NCBI GenBank assembly: GCA_041675505.1
Contig: JBAYTR010000010.1
Coordinates: 67,895-131,894, forward strand
Direction: 5' to 3'
Length of the DNA stretch: 64,000 bases
Source of the DNA: Bacteroidia bacterium
Lineage (GTDB): Bacteria; Bacteroidota; Bacteroidia; UKL13-3
Position numbers and translations under genes: made by a program. Below the pieces are notes generated by a model. That model made no database searches, was not told the origin of the DNA, and saw nothing but the letters and a program-made list of their open reading frames with translations. Below are positions 1 through 10,865 of this stretch, in pieces; position 1 is the stretch's first letter, and each line of letters opens with the position of its first letter.

Positions 1-2306
1 TTGTTGGGGGTATTCAGTACGGGATGGTTGGGTAATTCAAAGTTTACTTTCGCTTCTTCATCTGTAATACGTTCGCGGGTAATTTTAAATTTATACGGAC
101 CGATATCACTGCTCAGCGGACCGGCCCAGCTGTTGGTGTTGTACTGCACAATGAGGTTGCCGCCATTGGCCACGTAGTCCATTAGTTTTTGTTTGAACGC
201 AGGTAGTTTTTCGTTGGTGTTGTAGGCGCGCACACCGGTAATAATAGCCTCAAACTGATTGAGGTTTTCTTTGGCCAGCATATCATCTGTAAGGGTGATT
301 ACCTCATAACCCAATTGTGTTAAACATGGTGCCACCTCATCACCTGCACCGGGGATGTAACCAATGCGCTTGAGTTTTTTCTTTACATCCAAACGAATGA
401 GTTTTATTTCTGCTTCAGGGAATAGTGTTTGAATAGGAATGTGGTCGTATTTAATTTCTTTGATGCCCTTGGAGTAGGACTTGCCCAGATAAGAGGCCGA
501 AGAAGTAATGGTAACTTCAGCCTGAGTGGCCGGTGGTGTTACCATAAATGTAAATGTTTTTTCATCACCCTTTTTCTTCAGCTCGTATGAAGCACTTACC
601 GGAATACATTTCCAGCCGTTAGGTGTGTTTAATTTTACCTCCCCCCGAAGGCTGTCCTTTCCTGCTTTTACACTAACCTTTACCTCTTTTGCTGCATTAA
701 TAGGGAAGGCCACAACATCGTTTACTACATTCACCATTATGGGTGGCGTAATCACAAGTGGTCTATACAGTTCTCCCTTTTCTGGGTCGACCCATTTGTA
801 TTGAAATAAGGATGTTTTTGGGCCCCAATAAGTGTCCTGTGTTTTGAAACCCACGGACCCCAACGGTATGGTTTTACTATGCTCATTTACTTCATTTATG
901 CCACGAGACAAAAGGGGAACATTGAACAAGTTGTTTTTTAATTTAGAATTTAACCAATAAGGATTTAATGGAGGGTTATCAATTGGAATAGCCATTTTGT
1001 GACTAAAAGAAACAATGCTATTCTCCTTAATTATACTGTCATCTGGGCTGAGAAAAAGACTTTGCTGCACACCGTGGCCCCACGAGAAACTAATTGGATC
1101 AATAATATAAACATTCGAAAGGATGATTGGTAAACGGGACCGATTCAAAATGCTTATTGTAAAAAGGCTTTCATCTGAAGACAAAGTATGACTTTTTGTT
1201 GTTGTCTCAACGTACACACCATGCAGATTGGCTATACAATCCCCCAAGGCCATTAGTGTTAGAGGTTCAACAAGAACTTTATTTTGAATTTTATCAAACT
1301 TGGCCAACCTTTTATAGTCTGCTTTTGTTATAAGAAGATTTTGAGCCGACAGAATTAAATCACTGGAGTTCGCTGGATTATTTGGGTCAAAAGAAGATAT
1401 TGCTCTTGTTAGTATTTCCGATATTTTCTCCCCCCCCTTCACCCTCTTCCACGTAAAATCAATTCCCTCAAAAATATCTTTCAATCCTGCCGTATCACCT
1501 TTAACGGGTTTGAAGTATTCAAAATATTCACCCCGTTGTTTGGCGCTTCCAAAGCCCTGGCTCTTGTGCATGCTGCGGCTTTCAGCGGCTATTTCTCCGT
1601 AACTTTTTCCCAGCAACGGATTGTAACCACCCACATCCAATTTGATAAACGCACTCATGTCGGCATTGGGGTCGCGAAAGCGGTTGGTGGCGTTGTAAAA
1701 CAACCTGCGGGGCTGCCACACTTCTACATGTTGCAGTTGTTCAGGAAAACGTTTGGGGTCTCCGGCTGCGTCAAAAGCCTCTTCAGCTAAAATGGCCGAG
1801 GCCGTGTGGTGTCCGTGTCCACCGCTGCCATCTGTAGCAAAGCGGGTAATGATAATATCAGGACGAAAGTTGCGAATCACCCACACCACGTCACTCAGCA
1901 CCGAGTCTTTGTTCCACTTTTTAAATGTTTCTTCAGGCGTTTTGCTGTAACCAAAATCATAGGCGCGGGTAAAAAACTGTTCGCCACCGTCAATTCTTCG
2001 GGCAGCTAAAAGTTCCTGTGTGCGTATCACACCTAACTCCACACCTTGCTCCGGGCCAATAAGGTTTTGTCCACCATCACCGCGGGTAAGGCTGAGGTAA
2101 CCGGTGCGCAAACATTTTTCGTTGGCGAGGTAAGCTATCAGGCGTGTATTTTCATCATCAGGGTGCGCAGCAATGTAGAGCACGCTGCCCACAGTGTTCA
2201 ACTTTTTAAGTTGCAATAAAATTTCAGAGGAAGTATACGAGCGCGGTGGTTGTGCGTGTAAAACACCCCACCACAAAAAGACAACTATAAAAGCAATACG
2301 TTTCAT
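1..2306 (-). CDS. PIG-L/LmbE-family deacetylase, large secreted Bacteroidota form (first ~768 aa; 3' end lies beyond the window edge)
   Basis: Absent from the ORF track because no stop lies inside the window. Hand translation from ATG 2306-2304 gives MKRIAFIVVFLWWGVLHAQ (signal peptide), then VLYIAAHPDDENTRLIAYL and GGHGHHTAS, which are PIG-L/LmbE-type motifs. I read the frame as open to position 1. Confidence 0.7.
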   Translation of the reverse strand, partial: MKRIAFIVVFLWWGVLHAQPPRSYTSSEILLQLKKLNTVGSVLYIAAHPDDENTRLIAYLANEKCLRTGYLSLTRGDGGQNLIGPEQGVELGVIRTQELLAARRIDGGEQFFTRAYDFGYSKTPEETFKKWNKDSVLSDVVWVIRNFRPDIIITRFATDGSGGHGHHTASAILAEEAFDAAGDPKRFPEQLQHVEVWQPRRLFYNATNRFRDPNADMSAFIKLDVGGYNPLLGKSYGEIAAESRSMHKSQGFGSAKQRGEYFEYFKPVKGDTAGLKDIFEGIDFTWKRVKGGEKISEILTRAISSFDPNNPANSSDLILSAQNLLITKADYKRLAKFDKIQNKVLVEPLTLMALGDCIANLHGVYVETTTKSHTLSSDESLFTISILNRSRLPIILSNVYIIDPISFSWGHGVQQSLFLSPDDSIIKENSIVSFSHKMAIPIDNPPLNPYWLNSKLKNNLFNVPLLSRGINEVNEHSKTIPLGSVGFKTQDTYWGPKTSLFQYKWVDPEKGELYRPLVITPPIMVNVVNDVVAFPINAAKEVKVSVKAGKDSLRGEVKLNTPNGWKCIPVSASYELKKKGDEKTFTFMVTPPATQAEVTITSSASYLGKSYSKGIKEIKYDHIPIQTLFPEAEIKLIRLDVKKKLKRIGYIPGAGDEVAPCLTQLGYEVITLTDDMLAKENLNQFEAIITGVRAYNTNEKLPAFKQKLMDYVANGGNLIVQYNTNSWAGPLSSDIGPYKFKITRERITDEEAKVNFELPNHPVLNTPN

Positions 2307-2351
2307 ACAATTGGAATACAAGGGTTGAACAGATAAATGCGGGAAAGGGTT

Positions 2352-5294
2352 TTAGTCTTCGCAGTGGTAGTTGCGAGGCGGGCGCGAGCGACCTTCGCGG
2401 GCGGGTTCTCCGGCTGCCTGTGCTTCGAGCATTTTTTTAAACAGCCAGTTGCGTAACTCTATGTTTTGTTGGTAGAGTTTCAGGTCTTCTTCTGCATCAA
2501 AATACCGTTTGCCGTCTATCCAGGTTTTTTCTACTTTAGCGTAAATACTCAGGGGGTCGTTGCTCCACAATACCACGTCAGCATCTTTACCTACTTTAAT
2601 ACTCCCTACGCGGTTATCTACGTGCAGCATTTTAGCCGGGTTGAGTGTAACCATTTTCCAGGCTTCTTCTCTGCTCATGTTGCAGTAGCGGATACTCTTG
2701 GCCGCCTCCTGATTAAGTCTGCGACCCATTTCGGCATCATCGCTGTTAATGGCTGTGGTTACTCCGGCTTTGGTAAGTAAGCACGCATTCTGCGGAATGG
2801 CATCAATTACTTCGTATTTGTAGGCCCACCAATCACTAAAGGTGCTGGCCGAGGCTCCGTGTTTTTTCATTTCATCGGCTACTTTGTAACCCTCCAGAAT
2901 GTGTGTGAACGTATTGACCTTAAACCCGAGTGAATCGGCCACGCGCATCAGCATGGAAATTTCAGATTGCACATACGAGTGGCAGGTGATGAATCTTTTT
3001 TTGTTGAGAATTTCATTCAGTGTTTCCATTTCCAAATCGGTACGGAAAGGTGTTTTGTTTTTAACAGCGGCTGATTTGTCGAGCGCATATTGTTTGGCGC
3101 GTGTAAAATCATTCACCATCACCTGCTCTACGCCCATGCGGGTTTGCGGGAACCTGAATGTAGGATCGTTCCAACCTCCGCGTTTTACATTTTCACCTAA
3201 TGCGAATTTGATAAAGCCATCAGCTCCTTCAAATTTCATTTGCTCGGGCAAGGCACCCCAACGCAGTTTAATGAGTTGAGATTGTCCGCCAATGGGGTTG
3301 CAGGAACCGTGCAGCAATTGCGCACCCGTTACCCCACCGGCCAGCTGACGGTAGATGTTGATGTCTTCATTGTCGACCACATCACCTATGCGCACTTCGG
3401 CTGTGTTGCTGTGGGTACATTCATTCACTCCGTTATCAATGGCAATGTGTGAATGTTCGTCAATTATACCGTTGGCCAAATGTTTATTGGTTCCGTCAAG
3501 AGTGGTGTAATTGCTCTTGCCGAAAATGCCGGCAGCATTCAGCTTTTTACCTACCGCAGCAATTTTTCCGTCTTTGATGGCCACATCGGTTTGTTCCAGA
3601 ATACCCTCCACTTCATTGGTCCACACGGTTGTGTTTTGTATGAGTACGTTGTCGTAATTCGGAAGGGTAGTTCTGCCGTAATCACCAAACGGGTAGCTCA
3701 CGCGGAATACGGAATCAACTTTATTTTCTTTGACTTTCTTTTTATCCTCGGGCGCAGCTTTTTTTGTTCCGTTCACTTGTTGCGCCAGGTAAACCAAAGC
3801 AATTTCTTTGGCTTCGGGCAAGGCGGCATCGGTAAGTTCTTTTATCCATCCGGTAACCGACAAGGCGTTTTTCGAACACTGGCAAATGGCAGCAAAACCT
3901 TTGCTTCCCTGCACATATTCCAAAGTGCCTTTGCAACTGTCGTTGCTCAGTTTCAGTTCTACGCTGTTGCCTTTAACCGTAAAAGTTCCGTTGTTACTAA
4001 GGGCAAAAGTTCCCTCCAGCATTTTTTTGTTTTTACCGGGAAGAACGTGCTGCTCACCTTTAATCCAGTGCTCGGTAATTTCAAAATCTTCTTCACCCAA
4101 AGGTGTGGTGGCGATAAAAAAGTTGGCCAGTTTTCCTGCGGCAATGCTGCCGGTTATATCTTCTATTTTGAGTAGGCGTGCCGGTTCAGTACACAAGGCT
4201 TTCACCAGGTCGGTTGCATTCAGGCCGCCTGATTGTACCTTGGCTAAGTTTTTCCAGAAAGTTTCTTTATCCAATCCTTCGGCAGTGAAGGCAAAGGGCA
4301 CGTTGTTTTGTTTGAGTATGGAGGCGTTTTTAGGTGCCATGTACCAATGCAGCAAATCAGCGGTGTTGATGAACTCGGCCATCTCAGCACTTTGTATGTT
4401 GTAGGTTTTCGGAAGTTGTAAAGGCACAATAAATGAGGCTCCGGTTTGTTTCAGTTCAGCGGCCCATTGGTACTCCGTACCGTTGCCTTTTACAATCCAG
4501 TTTTTGTTAAACTCTTTGGCAATTTTTAATGCACGCAAAGCTGATTGTTTGCTTTCCACTTCAAATATCACGGGTAAATTCTGCAGCTGATTAAAACGCT
4601 CCAGGGTGTAGTTGTACTCCAGTTTGTTTCCGCCCGCAGCATACCATTGCGCATCTAAATGTGTTTGACGCAACAAGGCGATTGAACCCATCAATGAAGA
4701 AGGATATTGATTGGGTGAGGTACCCTTATCAAAAGAATAATGCAAGGCCGATTGTTTGCGCAAAACAAGTTCGTTATCGGGTTTATTACCGGGTAACACC
4801 AACGTTGATGCACCGCGCACAATGCCGTCACGCACAAAGGAAGATACACAGCCGTAACCCATTTCGAGCAGTTGTTTCCATTGCTTATCATCGGGTTCAA
4901 AATGTTCAAAGGCATCTACATCGCTGCGGATAGCTTCGTTCCAACCCAGTGCGGCTTTTTTCGGAGCATTGTTTTTATCTGTTTTTTGGTTGATGCCGTA
5001 GGTGCTGAACGGGTCAATAAAAGAAGGATAAATCCACTGGCCTTTTACATCGGTTACTACGGCATCCGTTGGAATAACAACTCCTTTGCCCGCTGCCACA
5101 ATTTTACCGCCACGGATAACCAGTGTATAATCCAATCCTGTAGTTTGTTCATTGAGCTGTATGTTGGCATGGGTAAACGCAAAGCACGTAAGCTTAGGAT
5201 CTTTAACAGTTAACTGTGGAAAGGAGGGTTGAGCAAAAACGAAGACAGGGAAAAGTGCGGTAAACACTACCGCCAGCAGTTTATTTTTTATCAT
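2352..5294 (-). CDS. Large secreted metal-dependent amidohydrolase-family protein
   Basis: 992-aa ORF. The likely true start is MIKNKLLAVVFTALFPVFVFAQ (signal peptide) at 5294. Motifs: IIDEHSHIAIDNG (HxH metal site) and C-terminal VGKDADVVLW, typical of the amidohydrolase superfamily. Confidence 0.7.
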   Translation of the reverse strand: MIKNKLLAVVFTALFPVFVFAQPSFPQLTVKDPKLTCFAFTHANIQLNEQTTGLDYTLVIRGGKIVAAGKGVVIPTDAVVTDVKGQWIYPSFIDPFSTYGINQKTDKNNAPKKAALGWNEAIRSDVDAFEHFEPDDKQWKQLLEMGYGCVSSFVRDGIVRGASTLVLPGNKPDNELVLRKQSALHYSFDKGTSPNQYPSSLMGSIALLRQTHLDAQWYAAGGNKLEYNYTLERFNQLQNLPVIFEVESKQSALRALKIAKEFNKNWIVKGNGTEYQWAAELKQTGASFIVPLQLPKTYNIQSAEMAEFINTADLLHWYMAPKNASILKQNNVPFAFTAEGLDKETFWKNLAKVQSGGLNATDLVKALCTEPARLLKIEDITGSIAAGKLANFFIATTPLGEEDFEITEHWIKGEQHVLPGKNKKMLEGTFALSNNGTFTVKGNSVELKLSNDSCKGTLEYVQGSKGFAAICQCSKNALSVTGWIKELTDAALPEAKEIALVYLAQQVNGTKKAAPEDKKKVKENKVDSVFRVSYPFGDYGRTTLPNYDNVLIQNTTVWTNEVEGILEQTDVAIKDGKIAAVGKKLNAAGIFGKSNYTTLDGTNKHLANGIIDEHSHIAIDNGVNECTHSNTAEVRIGDVVDNEDINIYRQLAGGVTGAQLLHGSCNPIGGQSQLIKLRWGALPEQMKFEGADGFIKFALGENVKRGGWNDPTFRFPQTRMGVEQVMVNDFTRAKQYALDKSAAVKNKTPFRTDLEMETLNEILNKKRFITCHSYVQSEISMLMRVADSLGFKVNTFTHILEGYKVADEMKKHGASASTFSDWWAYKYEVIDAIPQNACLLTKAGVTTAINSDDAEMGRRLNQEAAKSIRYCNMSREEAWKMVTLNPAKMLHVDNRVGSIKVGKDADVVLWSNDPLSIYAKVEKTWIDGKRYFDAEEDLKLYQQNIELRNWLFKKMLEAQAAGEPAREGRSRPPRNYHCED

Positions 5295-6651
5295 GTTGTT
5301 CTCTCCACAATTCATTGAATGATTTGGCACTTAGTTCAGGAAACACCCTGCGCTCTCCCCAGCTGCTTTTAAACAACGATTTAATGAGGAAACCTTTAAT
5401 GCTAGGGGCGCGGTTCATTTTTTTGCGATCGAGCATGGCTTTTTTCCAGGCTATCCACATCAGCTTTTCGCTGGTTTTACCATGACCCTCATCTACAAAA
5501 TCTTTTCTGTTGGCCAGCAGTGTTTGGTGTATGGGAATGTTTACCGGGCACACATCGGTACAGGCCCCGCAAAGGGTGGAGGCGTGGCTCAGGTGCTTGA
5601 ATTCTTTGGCACCAAATTGCAACGGACTCACTACTGAGCCGATGGGTCCGATGTTGGTGCTTTCATATCCATGTCCGCCAATGGTTTTAAAAATGGGGCA
5701 CACATTGGAGCAGGCACCGCAACGAATGCATTTTAGCGCTGCCCGTTGTTCCTGTTTTTCGAGTACGTTGGTGCGGCCGTTGTCCAGCAGTATCACATAC
5801 ATTTCAGCAGGTCCGTCTCCTTCGTCCTGAAAACGCGGACCCATAAAAAGAGAGTTGTAAGTCGTGAGGTTTTGTCCGGTACCGTAAGTGGCCAGCATGG
5901 GCAGCAACACTTCCAGATCACCCATTCCCGGAATTATTTTTTCAATACCCGCCAGTACAATGTGTACCGCAGGAGCCGAAGTTCCTACACGCACATTGCC
6001 CTCGTTTTCGGTAATTACCACCGCACCGGTTTCGGCCACCAGAAAGTTGGCCCCTGTAATGCTTACCTGGGCATTGCGTAAATGTGTTTTTATATTGCCG
6101 CAGCCTTTTGCGGTAAGTTGCTCGGCTGTGGTCTCGTGGCTGTTGGGCAGATTAAATAAAGCACCTACCTCTTCCAATGATTTGTGCATGGCCGGTGTTA
6201 CCGGATGAAAAGGAGCTTCGTTGGCCAGTTGAACAATGTATTCGCCCAAATCAGTTTCGTGAACGGCTACCTGTTTTTGTGTAAAGTGTTTTTGCAAACC
6301 AATTTCTTGTGCCGTGGTTGATTTGCTTATGACAATTTCACTGGCTGCATGTTGGGTAACAATGTTTTCAATTTCGCTGAGTGCGGCAACCGCATCGGGA
6401 GCCCAAAGAACCTTCCCGCCCCTTTTGGTAAAGGCGTTTTCAAACTCCAGCAAAAACTTATCTAGGCTTTCAATGGCTCTCCACCGGGAAAAAGAGGCGC
6501 GCTCTTTGGCCAGTTCCAGCTGTTCAAACTGTGTGATTCCCTTGTGGTGTTGTACCCGATAATTGGCCAAAGCAGCATCTATCTTCTGGCGCCTTTCCGC
6601 ATCAAAAGCTGTTTTTTCAGCTAACCGAAGAAAACTTTCCAGATCTGCCAT
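5281..6651 (-). CDS. LutB/LldF-like LUD-domain iron-sulfur protein
   Basis: 456 aa. Two ferredoxin-type cluster motifs (CIRCGACSNVCP and CGACTDVCP) follow a LUD/DUF162-like N-terminal half. No lutA or lutC gene is adjacent. Confidence 0.65.
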   Translation of the reverse strand: MADLESFLRLAEKTAFDAERRQKIDAALANYRVQHHKGITQFEQLELAKERASFSRWRAIESLDKFLLEFENAFTKRGGKVLWAPDAVAALSEIENIVTQHAASEIVISKSTTAQEIGLQKHFTQKQVAVHETDLGEYIVQLANEAPFHPVTPAMHKSLEEVGALFNLPNSHETTAEQLTAKGCGNIKTHLRNAQVSITGANFLVAETGAVVITENEGNVRVGTSAPAVHIVLAGIEKIIPGMGDLEVLLPMLATYGTGQNLTTYNSLFMGPRFQDEGDGPAEMYVILLDNGRTNVLEKQEQRAALKCIRCGACSNVCPIFKTIGGHGYESTNIGPIGSVVSPLQFGAKEFKHLSHASTLCGACTDVCPVNIPIHQTLLANRKDFVDEGHGKTSEKLMWIAWKKAMLDRKKMNRAPSIKGFLIKSLFKSSWGERRVFPELSAKSFNELWREQHDKK

Positions 6652-6654
6652 TCG

Positions 6655-7497
6655 CTATTTTATCACCAGGTTATCAATCAACCGAACACCGCCCAGGTGC
6701 ACGGCAACGCAAGCTACAATTTTTTGTGCATCTGCCCAAGCGAGTACGGGCAACAACTCTTCCCCTTCAGCTATCTCTACATAATCAAGGGTAAAATCAG
6801 GGTCTTGTTTAAGTAGGCTGATAATTTCTTCCCTCACTTCAGCCGGAGTGTGGCCGCTTATTTTTTGACTTCCGCCAAGCAATGCTTCATGAATACGCGT
6901 GGCTTTTTGGCGAAAGTGTGCTGATAGCAAGGTGTTGCGGGAACTCATGGCCAGTCCGTCTGTTTCGCGAATGAGCGGGCACACACGTACGTCAATATTT
7001 AAGTCAAAGTGTTTAACCAGTTTTTTCACCACCAGACACTGTTGCAGGTCCTTCTGACCAAAGTAGGCCCTATGAGGTGTCACAATATCAAACAGTCGTT
7101 TTAAAACGTTGATAACTCCGCTAAAGTGACCCGGACGGTGAGCAGCTTCCATCACCCGGTTCAGGTTGCCCAGCTCAAAGGAATAGTCGGTTGAATCCGT
7201 ATAAACATCAGCCGTTTCGGGGGCATACACCATATCGCAGCCGGTTTGTGCCAGCAGGTGCAGGTCGAGGTCAAGTGTACGCGGGTAGCTCGACAAATCC
7301 TTGGCGTTGTTGAATTGGCTGGGGTTTACAAACACACTGCACACCGTAAAATCGTTCTCGCGCTGTGAGTTTTCAATGAGCGAAAGGTGCCCCTGGTGCA
7401 GGGCTCCCATGGTAGGAACAAAGCCAATCTGTTTTCCACGCTGTTTAAGGCGGGCAATATGGGCATGTAAATCGGCTCTTAACTTAAAGACTATCAA
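6655..7497 (-). CDS. panC: Pantoate--beta-alanine ligase
   Basis: 280 aa with VPTMGALHQGHLSLI (HxGH nucleotidyltransferase motif) and full-length PanC layout. Confidence 0.9.
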   Translation of the reverse strand: MIVFKLRADLHAHIARLKQRGKQIGFVPTMGALHQGHLSLIENSQRENDFTVCSVFVNPSQFNNAKDLSSYPRTLDLDLHLLAQTGCDMVYAPETADVYTDSTDYSFELGNLNRVMEAAHRPGHFSGVINVLKRLFDIVTPHRAYFGQKDLQQCLVVKKLVKHFDLNIDVRVCPLIRETDGLAMSSRNTLLSAHFRQKATRIHEALLGGSQKISGHTPAEVREEIISLLKQDPDFTLDYVEIAEGEELLPVLAWADAQKIVACVAVHLGGVRLIDNLVIK

Positions 7498-7574
7498 TGA
7501 TTAAGGTGGTGTTAAACGGTCGCTCCCCAAAGAAAAACTGACAAATTTATACGCAAAGTCTGCAGATTTTTATA

Positions 7575-7582
7575 TATTTTTG
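7575..7582 (+). promoter_or_regulatory. Bacteroidota -7 box (TATTTTTG = TAnnTTTG)
   Basis: Exact TAnnTTTG match 30 nt upstream of the ATG at 7612, in the panC/glgA-like divergent intergenic region. Confidence 0.4.
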
Positions 7583-7611
7583 CACACTAATTTCATTTAA
7601 CTACACATCTT

Positions 7612-8451
7612 ATGGTAAAAAGTTCTAATCGTAAACGAGTTCTCTTCGTTTCTTCAGAGATGAGTCCCTTTCTAAAAGTTTCCAGTGTAGCCGAGTTAGC
7701 CCGCAGTCTCCCGCAAGCCATTCAGGAAAAAGACAACGAGATTCGTGTGCTAATGCCACGTTTCGGTTGTATCAATGAACGCAGAAACCGTTTGCACGAA
7801 GTTGTAAGGCTCTCCGGTATCAACATTACCATTGACGACAACGACAACCCGCTTACTATTAAAGTAGCTTCATTACCTGAAGCCAAAATGCAGGTTTATT
7901 TTCTTGATAACGAGGATTATTTCCACCGCAAGTTTGTTTACGCCAACGAAAAAGAAGAGTTTTATGCCGACAATGATGAGCGTACTATTTTCTTTTGCAA
8001 AGGCGCCCTCGAAACAGTTAAAAAATTAGGCTGGGCCCCTGATATTATTCATTGCCAGGGTTGGATGACCAGTCTTATTCCGCTTTACATTAAAACCATT
8101 TACAAAGACGAACCCGTTTTCCGTAATGCTAAAATTGTGTTCTCGGTATTTGAAAACGAATTTGAAGCCAATCTGGGCAAAGACTTCGGACGCAAAGCCA
8201 GCTTGAACAACATAGACGCTAAACAAATGGGTACCTTCAAAGACGGAGATTGCCAGAGTTTATACATGGGCGCTATTGAGCATGCTGATGCCATTGTAAA
8301 ATGCAGCGATAATATAGATCCTAAGGTGGTGAAACAGCTTACTGCACAAACCAAAAAAGGTACGGTAGTATTGGAGCACGCTGAGAATGGTGATGGTTTT
8401 GCAGATAGATACACCGACTTGTATGATGCCCTTCTTGTCAGACAGAACTAA
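7612..8451 (+). CDS. Short glycogen/starch synthase-like protein (GlgA N-terminal catalytic domain type)
   Basis: 279 aa. The N-terminus KRVLFVSSEMSPFLKVSSVAELARSLP resembles the GlgA N-terminus. Length matches the short Bacteroidota form as I recall it. Confidence 0.6.
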   Translation: MVKSSNRKRVLFVSSEMSPFLKVSSVAELARSLPQAIQEKDNEIRVLMPRFGCINERRNRLHEVVRLSGINITIDDNDNPLTIKVASLPEAKMQVYFLDNEDYFHRKFVYANEKEEFYADNDERTIFFCKGALETVKKLGWAPDIIHCQGWMTSLIPLYIKTIYKDEPVFRNAKIVFSVFENEFEANLGKDFGRKASLNNIDAKQMGTFKDGDCQSLYMGAIEHADAIVKCSDNIDPKVVKQLTAQTKKGTVVLEHAENGDGFADRYTDLYDALLVRQN

Positions 8452-9763
8452 ACTCCACCGACTTTTTCTTTTTGCACTTCTTCTTTTTTCCTTCGCCTGT
8501 AAAAAAACAGACGAAGGATTTATAGGGGGAGACATTTTGCCCGCAAGTGACAACCTTAACTTTGTGGCAACCGATACATTTTCATTGTTGATGTATACGG
8601 TAAAAGATGATTCAGTACGAACAGACGAACGCTCTGTTAACCCGCTCGGTTTTATACACGACCCCTACTTTGGCCGTACCCAAAGCTCCATTTACACTCA
8701 GATTCGTTTGCCGGAGAACAACCTTAATTTTTCTGCGGTAAAGCTCGACTCCATTGTGCTTACGCTTAAGTACCAGAACAAAACAGCCTCCTACGGAAAC
8801 ACCGCCACTACTCAAACCATCAAGGTGTATGAGTTAAGCAACTCGTTGTACATTGACAGTGTTTATTACTCCAATGCCCGCCCCGCTTATTACCCGCAGG
8901 AAATTGGCAGCTGGACCGGCAAGTTTAACCTTAACGACAGCATTACACTCCAACACGGTAGCAAAACCAGAAAATTACCTCCGCATTTACGCATCAGAAT
9001 AACCAACAATGCCTTTATTGACAAAATAAAAAACGGAGGTACCAGCTTTTCAACCAACGAGGCGTTTATCAACTACATGAAAGGCCTGGCCATTGTGCCG
9101 CACGACTTTGCCATTAACCCCGGTGAAGGAGCCGTAGTGAACATGGATTTGGTGTCAACGGTTTCTAACCTTACCATTTATTACAACGACTCCCTGTACA
9201 AAGACCTGCTCATTAATGAGAACTCCCCGCGCTTAAGCAGTTATGAGCATAACTATTTCGGTACTGCACTTTCTTTGCAACTGGGTTTGAAACAACACCG
9301 CGATACCTGCTACGCACAATCCATGGGTAGTGTAAAAACATTTTTTAAAGTACCCCACATTCTTGACCTGATTAAGAAAAACGGGAACAAAGCCGTAACC
9401 GTTGCTGCAGCTGAACTTACCGTGCCGGTTCTTCCCGGAGCAGGTACAGCGCAATACGGTTTACCGTTGGAGGTTTTCTTTGTTACGGCTGATTCAACGG
9501 GCAAAAACTTCACGTTACCCGGAGGAATTTTAATCGGCTATTCAGGAAAATACAACGCTACTAAAACAGCCATTACAGTTAACCTGAGTTCTTATTTTCA
9601 AAGCATATTGAACGCGTACAAAAAATCAGGCATTGAAAAGGATTACGGCTTGTACATAGTGCCTTCCTATAATTATTCAGGCATGGAGCGAATTGTGTTT
9701 AATACCAATAAATTTGCACCCCTTCCACCGAAACTTAAATTGACCTATAGCGTTATTCAATAG
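8423..9763 (+). CDS. DUF4270-like lipoprotein
   Basis: ORF 8387..9763. The plausible start is ATG 8423/8426, giving MPFLSDRTKLHRLFLFALLLFSFAC (lipobox). CKKTDEGFIGGDILPASDNL...DTF matches my recollection of the DUF4270 N-terminus. Confidence 0.55.
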   Translation: MMPFLSDRTKLHRLFLFALLLFSFACKKTDEGFIGGDILPASDNLNFVATDTFSLLMYTVKDDSVRTDERSVNPLGFIHDPYFGRTQSSIYTQIRLPENNLNFSAVKLDSIVLTLKYQNKTASYGNTATTQTIKVYELSNSLYIDSVYYSNARPAYYPQEIGSWTGKFNLNDSITLQHGSKTRKLPPHLRIRITNNAFIDKIKNGGTSFSTNEAFINYMKGLAIVPHDFAINPGEGAVVNMDLVSTVSNLTIYYNDSLYKDLLINENSPRLSSYEHNYFGTALSLQLGLKQHRDTCYAQSMGSVKTFFKVPHILDLIKKNGNKAVTVAAAELTVPVLPGAGTAQYGLPLEVFFVTADSTGKNFTLPGGILIGYSGKYNATKTAITVNLSSYFQSILNAYKKSGIEKDYGLYIVPSYNYSGMERIVFNTNKFAPLPPKLKLTYSVIQ

Positions 9764-10821
9764 TGGTTATAGTACTTGATAAAAACATTACACGAGAAGA
9801 TGCGGCAGCTATACTGTTGCGCTTAGAGGGTTACGGACTAAAGAATCATGCGGTTCACCTCAACGGGCAATCGGTTATTACCGTTTCCAACTTTCCGGCT
9901 GATTTTGATATCCGCAAAATTCAATTAATTGACGGAGTAAAAGAGGTGGTTGAAGTAAGCGAGCCATATAAACTGGCCAGCAAAAGCTGGAAAAAAGAAC
10001 GCACCTCCTTTAACGTAAACGGAACTCCCGTAGGTACCGATACCATTAACGTAATGGCCGGCCCTTGCGCAGTAGAGTCGGAAAAACAGATTTTTGAGAT
10101 TGCTGAATTTCTTCATCAACAGAACATAAAATTTATTCGCGGTGGAGCTTACAAGCCCCGCACCTCTCCTTACTCTTTTCAGGGTTTAGGATTGGAAGGA
10201 CTCAAAATGTTGAGGGCCGCAGCAGATAAGTACCAACTCAATGTAATTACCGAAGTAATTGATTTGAGCGTACTGGACGAGGTATACAAGTATGCTGATG
10301 TGTTGCAGATAGGCACACGCAATATGCAAAACTATTACTTGCTGGCTGAACTGGGTAAACAAGACAAACCCGTTCTTTTGAAACGAGGCATGCAGGCCAA
10401 AATACCGGAATGGTTGATGGCTGCAGAATACATACTTTCAGGAGGAAATGAGCGCGTTATTTTGTGCGAGCGCGGCATACGTACTTTTGATAACAGCACC
10501 CGCAATACTCTCGACATCGGAGCAATTCCGTTGGTGAAAGAACTGAGTCACCTGCCTGTTTTTGCCGACCCCAGCCACGGCACCGGTATTCGTACCCGTG
10601 TTGAACCACTGGCACTGGCTGCTGTTGCTGCCGGAGCAGATGGTTTACTTATTGAAGTACACAATCACCCCGACCAGGCTCTGTCTGACGGACCTCAATC
10701 CATCTATCCCGATCAGCTGGTGCAGCTCATGAACAAACTCTCACCGTTGGCACAAGTTATCGGCAGAAAGTTAGATTATGAATCGCAAAACAATTATTTT
10801 AGTGCCGAATCTGCGCAGTAG
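9763..10821 (+). CDS. aroF: 3-deoxy-7-phosphoheptulonate (DAHP) synthase, type I-beta, with N-terminal ferredoxin-like regulatory domain
   Basis: 352 aa with [17 protein letters not shown] and [10 protein letters not shown] motifs. The GTG start overlaps the upstream stop (TAGTG). Confidence 0.85.
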   Translation: MVIVLDKNITREDAAAILLRLEGYGLKNHAVHLNGQSVITVSNFPADFDIRKIQLIDGVKEVVEVSEPYKLASKSWKKERTSFNVNGTPVGTDTINVMAGPCAVESEKQIFEIAEFLHQQNIKFIRGGAYKPRTSPYSFQGLGLEGLKMLRAAADKYQLNVITEVIDLSVLDEVYKYADVLQIGTRNMQNYYLLAELGKQDKPVLLKRGMQAKIPEWLMAAEYILSGGNERVILCERGIRTFDNSTRNTLDIGAIPLVKELSHLPVFADPSHGTGIRTRVEPLALAAVAAGADGLLIEVHNHPDQALSDGPQSIYPDQLVQLMNKLSPLAQVIGRKLDYESQNNYFSAESAQ

Positions 10822-10865
10822 CACAGACTAAACCAACCCTACTTAACTTTAATTACTGACTAACT

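Noticed and set aside
2466-5213. Several + strand ORFs (up to 240 aa) opposite the amidohydrolase gene
   Set aside because: None has a recognisable motif. All are nested antisense to a 980-aa gene with clear amidohydrolase signatures.
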